This document shows, in pieces, positions 56,981 to 63,992 of a stretch of DNA of 63,992 nt. A program made the translations under genes and the position numbers. The number at the start of each line of letters is the position of its first letter. Within the stretch, counting starts at the first letter, position 1. A model generated the notes under the pieces. The model was not told the origin of the DNA and made no database searches. It saw only the letters and a list, made by a program, of their open reading frames with translations. Source of the DNA: Thermoproteales archaeon (lineage in GTDB: Archaea > Thermoproteota > Thermoprotei > Thermofilales > B69-G16); the NCBI GenBank assembly GCA_021161825.1, contig JAGGZW010000058.1, positions 1 through 63,992 on the forward strand, written 5' to 3'.

Positions 56981-58828
56981 CTATTCCACCGTAACAGTTT
57001 TTGCTAAATTACGAGGCTTATCCGGATCATAGCCTTTAGCTACTGCCGCATAGTAGGCGAAAAGCTGTAAAGGAATAATGTAAGCAATCGCGCTAGCATA
57101 GGGATTTATTCTTGGCATTTTAATCGATTTATCCAGTCTCTCTTCAATCGTACCAGATTCTTCTGGGATTATTCCTATGGTATAAGCTCCTCGAGCCTTC
57201 ATTTCCTCTATGTTACCTAGCATGTGCTTTTTCCATTCATCGTCGAAAACGAGAAAAACTACCGGAAAACCGGGCTCTACTAAAGCTATGGGGCCATGCT
57301 TACTTTCTCCAGCAGGATACGCTTCGGCGTGGATGTATGATATCTCTTTCAGCTTTAACGCTCCCTCCATGGCTATGGGCACTCCTATCCCCCTACCTAG
57401 GTAGAATACATTTTTCGACAACGCTAACTCCTCCCCGAGCTTTTTAGCGAACCCCTCGTACCTTGTCAATACATCAGATACGATAGATGGCGTCTCACTT
57501 AGAGATTTTTTAAGTTTTCTAACCTCCTGTCCTTTCAGAGTTCCAAGCCTTTCAGCCACCGAAACTGCAAGCCAGGATAACACGAGAAGCTGAGTTGTAA
57601 ACGTTTTAGTAGCCGCAACTCCTATTTCGGGTCCTGCTCTAGTATAAATCGTGTAATCGCTTTCTCTCGGTATAGCACTATCTACAATATTAGATATTGA
57701 CACTATCTTTGCACCATTTTTCTTAAAAACTCTAATAGCCATTAGAGTATCTATAGTTTCGCCACTCTGCGAAACAGCTATCACTACATCTCCATCTCTA
57801 ACCGATTTTTTATACTTCTTATACTCGCTCGCGATTAGAGTAATTGGCGGGATCCCCGCCAACGTGTTTAACATATAATCTCCTACGAGACATGCGTGGT
57901 AGCTTGTTCCAGCCGCTATAAAGTATACTCTGTTCGCGTTTAAAATTAAGTCTATAGCTTCAGAAATGCTTTCATCCAATCCAAGTAAAGTTTCTCTTAA
58001 TGCGCGTGGTTGCTCATGTATCTCTTTTATCATGAAATGAGGATAACCCTCTTTTTTAGCCATATCCGGCGTCCAATCCACTTTCCGTATTCTCTTTTCA
58101 ATTTCCACAGCTCTACCGTTCTCATCCTCCAAGTATATCGTAGACGCCGTTATATAGCCTCGTTCTCCGTCATAAACGATGATTATTGTTCTTGTATAAT
58201 CTAGGAATGCAGGTATATCGGATGCTATAAAGTTCATGTTTTTACCTATTCCAATAACCAGTGGAGAGTCTTTACGCGCAAAGAATATTTTATCTGGTTC
58301 GTCTCTTATCACTACTCCAAAAGCATAACTTCCCTTAATTTTTTCAAGTGCTTTCTTAAACGCCGTAAAGGCATCAGAACCCTCATCGAGGTTTTCCTCG
58401 ATGAGGTGAGCAAGCACTTCGCTATCTGTCTCGCTTCTAAAAACATGTCCCTTCTCCTTTAGCATTTTCTTAAGCTCGAGATAATTTTGAATAATACCGT
58501 TATGCACTATAGCAACCCTACCCTTACAATCGGTGTGTGGATGCGCGTTTATATCACTTGGCGCGCCGTGAGTAGCCCACCTCGTATGTCCTATGGCAGT
58601 TAATCCTGCTATTTCATCAAGCCTAACTCTTCGATTCACTTCGCTTATTTTACCCTTTCCTTTGCGAACTACTATCCCCCCCTCGCATATCGTAGCTATT
58701 CCCACGCTGTCATAACCTCTATACTCCAGTTTTTCCAATCCCTTACGTACTATTTCTGAAACTCTCACGTTAAAGCTACCATACTTCCTTGCTACGACTC
58801 CTATGATTCCACAAGCCACGAAACACAC
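56981..58828 (-). CDS. glmS: glutamine--fructose-6-phosphate aminotransferase (isomerising)
   Basis: CGIIGV Ntn nucleophile region, HTRWATHG, two SIS domains (SQSGETIDT) and C-terminal PRNLAKTVTVE. Confidence 0.9.
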   Translation of the reverse strand: MCFVACGIIGVVARKYGSFNVRVSEIVRKGLEKLEYRGYDSVGIATICEGGIVVRKGKGKISEVNRRVRLDEIAGLTAIGHTRWATHGAPSDINAHPHTDCKGRVAIVHNGIIQNYLELKKMLKEKGHVFRSETDSEVLAHLIEENLDEGSDAFTAFKKALEKIKGSYAFGVVIRDEPDKIFFARKDSPLVIGIGKNMNFIASDIPAFLDYTRTIIIVYDGERGYITASTIYLEDENGRAVEIEKRIRKVDWTPDMAKKEGYPHFMIKEIHEQPRALRETLLGLDESISEAIDLILNANRVYFIAAGTSYHACLVGDYMLNTLAGIPPITLIASEYKKYKKSVRDGDVVIAVSQSGETIDTLMAIRVFKKNGAKIVSISNIVDSAIPRESDYTIYTRAGPEIGVAATKTFTTQLLVLSWLAVSVAERLGTLKGQEVRKLKKSLSETPSIVSDVLTRYEGFAKKLGEELALSKNVFYLGRGIGVPIAMEGALKLKEISYIHAEAYPAGESKHGPIALVEPGFPVVFLVFDDEWKKHMLGNIEEMKARGAYTIGIIPEESGTIEERLDKSIKMPRINPYASAIAYIIPLQLFAYYAAVAKGYDPDKPRNLAKTVTVE

Positions 58829-58896
58829 CGAAATTTAAAAGTTTACTGATATTTTATGATTAAGTCTTTAATATTAATAAATAGTGGTGAATCGGA

Positions 58897-59538
58897 GTGC
58901 GCGGGGAATATCTAGAAATTGGCAGGGTAACGCGTTTTCATTTAAAACTTTTAATTATGCTCATGCTGGGATGGTCATTTGATTCCATGAATTCTGGGCT
59001 AGTATCGTTTCTCCTAAAGCAAATAGTTAGAGAGGGGGGTCTATCACCTGAAATTGCAGGATTTATGCTATGCTCGTGGCTTGTAGGAATGCTAGTCGGA
59101 GCTTTTGTTATGGGCTCGCTAGGAGATATCTTAGGTCGTAAAGCGATAATGATAACATCTTTAATAGCATTCTCCCTACCTGCAGCATATGCGCTTTTGC
59201 CGGTATAGGAAGTTTATTTTTCTGGCTTTCAACCAATGATATGGAAGCCTTGTTATGGGCTCGATCATTTCGTTTTTCAATCTAGGAGCTTGGGGGTAAC
59301 CTACGCTTATACCACCGAACTGTATCCAACCGAAATCAGAGGAACTGGTAGTGGCTTAGCTAATAGTGTTGGAAGAATTGGAGGCATACTAGGTCCTATA
59401 ACTGTTGGTTTCATAGCGTCTTTAACCGGCAGCTATTTCTACGTCTTTACGATATTTGCCTTGGCCCACTTCGTGTCAGCTATTACTGTGTTATTGCTGA
59501 GTATCGAAACTGCAGGCAAAGTCTTAGAAGAAATATAA
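58897..59538 (+). pseudogene. MFS transporter remnant (internal deletion plus in-frame TAG)
   Basis: The N-terminal piece has the TM1-3 pattern (GSLGDILGRKAIMITS). The C-terminal piece has the TM10-12 pattern (ELYPTEIRGTGSGLANSVGRIGGILGP). Both are in the same frame, separated by TAG at 59206-59208. Total is only 214 codons, against about 400 or more for an MFS transporter. Confidence 0.7.
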
Positions 59539-59539
59539 A

Positions 59540-61431
59540 CTAATCTCTTTTTTCCATTAAAGACAATTTAAAGGTTACATCCAAATTATCTACCAGTTGG
59601 TACATAGTCATCAACGCTAAACCTTCAGGTATGACCACTACTCCTCTCTCAGTACGGGCTTTAGCGTAGATAGGCTCTATCCATAACCTGCATTTCGGAC
59701 TCCAAGTAATCTTAAGATAGAGATCTTTAACTGCTTGAAGAATAAAGCTTTCAGCGTTTTCCTTTTCTAAGCTTTCAAAAATGCTATTAACTATCCCCCG
59801 ACGGCGTACGTGGGGGTTTTTTCTTCTCCGTAAGAAAGATAGGGCGAAAGGCATAGTTCTATCCCGAAATTTAAACCATCGATATTTTTTGTCAAGTTTT
59901 GTATTCGATAATTAACCAGCAAATCAAGATCCCTAACCTCATATTTTTTCTTAACAATTAGATAGTATGTCCTGTCTTTGACTCTATACTTGCCCCTATA
60001 ACTTAAACAAACTCTATTATTTTCAACTTCATCCAAGCAATAACTGGCTAGAGACAAATCGCTAAGATCGAGAAATGGAGCATTTTCTATCCATTGCTTG
60101 CTAGTTACATCCTTAGAGAATATATGTTCTCTAAATAAAGTTCTTCTATGCCAATCAGCCCTCATATCGGTTAGGTACGACTCTGAGTAGCGCGACATAA
60201 CGTTTGCGAGATTATGCTCATAATTTTCCAGTTTTATATCATACTCGAAAACCGATCCTCCATCAGATGGCTTTATGTAGACATTTAGATATTTATCCTC
60301 AATCAAAATTTCTCGCAAACCGTCAAGATCGAAATCCAGCACTTCAACTCTACCCTTGCCTTTAAACGCTATCCTCTCTGCTTTTATTAGATTTTCATAT
60401 ACTGCCTGTCTCAAATTCGTTAGATAAATTCCTCCAAACAACCCATGCCAGTACGCGTCGTTGCATTGTCCTCTCAAGTAAAAGGTTAAAGCTTCATCCG
60501 ATAAATTCTCTTCAAGAAGCTTTCCAACTCTAAGCATCTTCTTATGCATTAAATTCGCTTCAACATATTTAAGAAAGAAATTTTTAAAGTAACCACCAGA
60601 CCATTCCAGCATCTTATCATAGCTTGCCGACGGTATGTAAGTTAAGCCTCTTACTCCATGTTCGTCTAGGTAATCGCTAAGCGTAACCATAGCAATTGAG
60701 CTATCACTTAAAACATAGGAGAAAAATTCTCGAAGCCATTTCTCCGCCCAATCTGGGCTCGTCCATTCGCCAAATTTTTCGGCATCTGAAACTATTAGTA
60801 ACAGCCTATCCCCATTCTCAGAACTTTTTGATTTTACATAGTTGAAAGCTTCCTTTGGACTATGCCAGGGAACAAGATATCTTATTTTAGTGTCAGCAAA
60901 TACCGCCTTTATCGTTCTACCATCCTCTTCAATAGTGTAAGCGTAAAGTGAATCCTCGCGCTTTCTTCCTGAAAGAAGAAAATGTTGATCGTCGAGAATC
61001 ACGTAGTCTACTTGCTGGGAGGATAAGAACTTAACGAGATAAGGCTCCCATACTCTCTCGGGGAGCCAGAATCCTCTAACTTTACATCCGAAAAGTTCGG
61101 AGATTAATCTTTGAAAATATCTTATTTGATCGGGTATATAGCGCCATGGTATTATAGGTAATATAGCCTCGGAAAAAGATCCTCCAATAAGCTCTATCGT
61201 CCCCGCCTGAGCCAAATGTTTTGTATCATCTATGAATTCTCGATGCTCGCTTTTCAACATCTCGAGAAGTGGTCCGCTTATATGTACCCCAAATCTTAGA
61301 TTTTCAAACTCTTCGAATAACTTAAGCAGCCTAAAATAGCATTTTTTCAGTATATTTTCAAAAACATATTTTAGCTGTCCATGTGGTTGATGGAAATGGA
61401 AAATGAAAGCTAAGTTTATTAGCTCACTCAT
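59540..61431 (-). pseudogene. GH57 family alpha-amylase/4-alpha-glucanotransferase interrupted by a 1-nt frameshift
   Basis: GH57 motifs FHFHQPHGQ, HISGPLLEMLK, WLPERVWEP, SDAEKFGEW. The reading frame switches at the C5 run 59795-59799. Adding one base joins ...TYAVGG to IVNSIFESLEKEN... (ORF 59540-59854), giving about 630 aa. Confidence 0.65.
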
Positions 61432-61467
61432 AATCCAAGCCTCCCACCAGAATGATAATTAGATTTT

Positions 61468-61981
61468 TTATATTTTGTATTCGTCGTCATGGTGTAAGTA
61501 AAGTTTAGCACTAGGATATAATTTTCCTATAGCCTTTAACACTTCTTCAACATCCTCGTGAACTTCAACTATATCTCTTAACCGCCTAACTATTCCAATC
61601 TTATAATCAACATCCCTTCTCCTATCGCCTTTTCTTCTAAAGTAGAAAAATCACGCTCAGGGTCGGAACACCCCACCTAGCCAATTCTTCAATTGTTTTA
61701 TTTTTTAATTTCTCTGGTCGTCCCAAAACCACGACAACCTTCCCCTTGGGTAACCTATCCTTTAGAAGTTCGATGCCTATTCTCCTAGGCTTGTCATAGG
61801 CGATATACTCTTCGGAAAGAAAAAGCTTCCAGAATTTTTGCTTTTCTACATAATTCAAGCTTTTAACGCTGCTAAAGTTTAAAGCTTTAAGCGCAGCAGC
61901 TATTTTATCTCTAACATCTACTAAAACACCATCTATATCGAAAACATAGACTGGATATCTTTTTGAGAGCCACTTATCCAC
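61468..61981 (-). pseudogene. HAD-like phosphatase interrupted by a 1-nt frameshift
   Basis: N-terminal motif I VYVFDIDGVLVD. The C-terminal part (RRKGDRRRDVDYKIGIVRRLRDIVEVHEDVEEV...) is in another frame. The frames join if one base is removed from the A5 run 61646-61650. Confidence 0.55.
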
Positions 61982-62065
61982 GACATCACATTAGCTGGTT
62001 CGATTATTAGTCTGTTAGGCTAAGATTATAAATACATCGATATTATTGTTTGAGTGGGTGTCTGA

Positions 62066-62623
62066 ATGATATTATCTGATGTAGAGATCGTAGAGGCGAT
62101 TAAAAGAAAAGAAATAATCGTCGAGCCGTTTGTTGAAGAAAATGTCGGTCCATGTTCAATAGATCTAACCCTCTCTGATGAATTTGCAGTATTTAAAGAG
62201 GGAAAAGTGATAGACCCTCAAAAACCAGAAACTTTGCAAGAGAACATAGAGATAGTAAAGACCAACGATAAACCTTTCATGCTCAAACCTAAGCAATTCG
62301 TGCTCGCGATGACCCGCGAAAAAATAGGCGTTAGCAAGAACATAGCAGCTACTCTTGAAGGTAGAAGCAGCATTGCAAGATTAGGCATTGTTGTGCATGC
62401 GGCCGGCCTCGTCAGTCCCGGCTCTGGGATGCTTTACCCAAAGCCTCTAATTCTAGAAGTTTTTTCTCAAAACGTTAGTAGTGTAAAACTCTACCCAGGC
62501 ATGCGCATCGTACAAGTCATATTTCATAGGCTTTCACAACCAGCCGCAACGGGCTATGATGAACATCCTAGATCAACATACAAGGTTAAAAATGTGTGGA
62601 TAAAATCTTCCGCACTGTTATAG
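62066..62623 (+). CDS. dcd: dCTP deaminase (dUTPase-fold)
   Basis: MILSDVEI N-terminus, CSIDLTL, GRSSIARLGIVVH, ILEV. 185 aa. Confidence 0.85.
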   Translation: MILSDVEIVEAIKRKEIIVEPFVEENVGPCSIDLTLSDEFAVFKEGKVIDPQKPETLQENIEIVKTNDKPFMLKPKQFVLAMTREKIGVSKNIAATLEGRSSIARLGIVVHAAGLVSPGSGMLYPKPLILEVFSQNVSSVKLYPGMRIVQVIFHRLSQPAATGYDEHPRSTYKVKNVWIKSSALL

Positions 62624-62624
62624 G

Positions 62625-63242
62625 CTACCCGGTTCTAGATTTGCCAAGTCTGCCCTCCGATATAAGTTTGCGGAGTTTTTCCATCTTCTCCTTGCTCCTT
62701 GTTAACACTTTATTAGCTACGTCCACTAACACTGGTAGGCTTTCAAAATTTACTAATCGAAGTCGATTATAGATCAGAGGAACCTCGATTCTTTCGCTAC
62801 CGGTTATCTCCACTACTACCTTATACTTCTTTATGCTTTGGATACCGCTATGCTTAAATCCGCAATGCCTAGCAGTAGCCAGTATATCCAAGGCAGCATC
62901 TAAGTTTTTCGCAACTACATGAATAATAGGTGGCTGAACGGCAAACCAAACATTCTCGGTCTTATCGGCTATAAGCTCGTTCAGTACTTGCCGTAGCTCG
63001 TCAGTTTCAATGCATCTATGCCATTTAGCGACAGTTACTATGTCGAATTTATCTCCTGGAAGTTTGTTTAAGGTTACTTGGATCCTACCGCTACAGCTGC
63101 TCGTAGTATAGTAATTCTCACAGTTGTTTATCGCATCTAATAGCGGTTTTATATCTGCGTCCACTCTCCCAATTTTATACTCAAGCTCTAGTCGTTCCAC
63201 AAAATGCTTTTTTCTAGACCTCCATGCTATTTCATCGTTCAT
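62625..63242 (-). CDS. taw3: tRNA wyosine-derivative methyltransferase Taw3/TYW3
   Basis: YYTTSSCSGRI motif of the TYW3 family. 205 aa. Confidence 0.75.
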   Translation of the reverse strand: MNDEIAWRSRKKHFVERLELEYKIGRVDADIKPLLDAINNCENYYTTSSCSGRIQVTLNKLPGDKFDIVTVAKWHRCIETDELRQVLNELIADKTENVWFAVQPPIIHVVAKNLDAALDILATARHCGFKHSGIQSIKKYKVVVEITGSERIEVPLIYNRLRLVNFESLPVLVDVANKVLTRSKEKMEKLRKLISEGRLGKSRTG

Positions 63243-63244
63243 TT

Positions 63245-63928
63245 CTAACCCTCCAAAAGCGCGGCTAGCTCAAATAGACTAGTTATGGCGTTAACTTCTC
63301 CAATGTTTTTACCGTTTCTATCTATTAATAATGCTTTGAAGCCGGCATTCAAAGCACCCTTATAGTCTCTTTCCAGATCATCTCCAACGTGAAGAATCTC
63401 TGCTTCTTTAACCCCTATTCTCTCTGCGAATTTCTTATAGACTCTAACATCTGGCTTAAAAAAACCAGAAATATCGGGGGTAATTATCACCGAGAAAAAT
63501 CTACTTATCCCATTTTTACTTATAAACTTTAGAACGTCGCTACTGAAATTATCACTTATAATACCCATCTCGACTCCTACGCTTTCCAGCTTCGATAATA
63601 CCGGGAGCACGTCTTGGTATAGTTTAGCATTAGAAAACTCAAACCATTTCTCAAACATTTCAATAGCTAACTCGTCGATATCTTCTTCGACGTCTAATGC
63701 TTGAAAAATAAGCTTGTTTAAGACCACATAGTAATTCTTGATGCTTGATTTTTTGATCGCTTCCACTCGATCTTTAATAAGTATATCGGCCTTTTTTATT
63801 TCTTCAACGCTTCTAATTATCCCATGCTCGTCTAGGAAGTTTTTAATTGTAATCCATGGAGAACACTGTTGAGCTAGAGTCCCATCGAGATCAAAAGATA
63901 TCGCTTTAATATCATGTAATTTTTTCAT
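63245..63928 (-). CDS. HAD-superfamily hydrolase
   Basis: Motif I ISFDLDGTL, motif II ISDN, motif IV VGDDLERDYKGA. Confidence 0.8.
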   Translation of the reverse strand: MKKLHDIKAISFDLDGTLAQQCSPWITIKNFLDEHGIIRSVEEIKKADILIKDRVEAIKKSSIKNYYVVLNKLIFQALDVEEDIDELAIEMFEKWFEFSNAKLYQDVLPVLSKLESVGVEMGIISDNFSSDVLKFISKNGISRFFSVIITPDISGFFKPDVRVYKKFAERIGVKEAEILHVGDDLERDYKGALNAGFKALLIDRNGKNIGEVNAITSLFELAALLEG

Positions 63929-63992
63929 AATTTTAGGAAAGCATGTATTATTTATTATATTTTTACATGTATGTTTTTATTAAATATGTAAT

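Noticed and set aside
59206-59208. In-frame TAG in the MFS remnant as possible pyrrolysine or programmed readthrough.
   Set aside because: The surrounding gene lacks about half of a normal MFS fold. No Pyl machinery or methylamine methyltransferase context is visible. A plain nonsense mutation in a pseudogene is the simpler reading.
1-63992. Scan for CRISPR arrays, tRNA/rRNA genes, IS elements and long direct or inverted repeats.
   Set aside because: By eye I found no regularly spaced 24-40-nt repeats, no GC-rich cloverleaf-like segments or T-loop (GGTTCRAATCC-like) motifs in intergenic DNA, and no transposase-like ORFs. A tRNAscan/Infernal or CRISPR-finder run would be needed to make this definitive.

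Overview
AT-rich (mid-30s % GC by eye), densely packed archaeal chromosomal segment of about 65 genes on both strands. The gene set looks Thermoproteota/Crenarchaeota-like: a nurA-herA-mre11-rad50 repair cluster, XerA, archaeal ApgM and GlyRS, a PriS-like primase, Taw1 and Taw3 (wyosine pathway), two NikR paralogs, SufCB, ThiI, GlmS, Dcd, Ppa and AcyP. I found no rRNA, tRNA, CRISPR array, transposase or obvious provirus. The points most worth a second look are listed below. (1) A compact 1029-aa bacterial-type alpha-2-macroglobulin thioester protein with no visible signal peptide. (2) A Rad50 whose coiled-coil apex has a 35-residue hydrophobic hairpin where the CxxC zinc hook normally sits. 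(3) A tightly coupled three-gene module: ParB/Srx-fold protein, ATP-cone protein and PrsW-type intramembrane protease. (4) A well-formed C/D box sRNA candidate with its own promoter, and a weaker unclassified structured-RNA candidate in the largest non-coding gap. (5) Three consecutive damaged genes near the 3' end: an MFS remnant, a GH57 gene and a HAD-like gene, the last two broken in 5-nt homopolymers. (6) A class II HMG-CoA reductase, a rhodanese-containing ThiI, and a GlmS with no start codon directly before its catalytic Cys. All family calls come from motifs read by eye in the translations. No database search was run.
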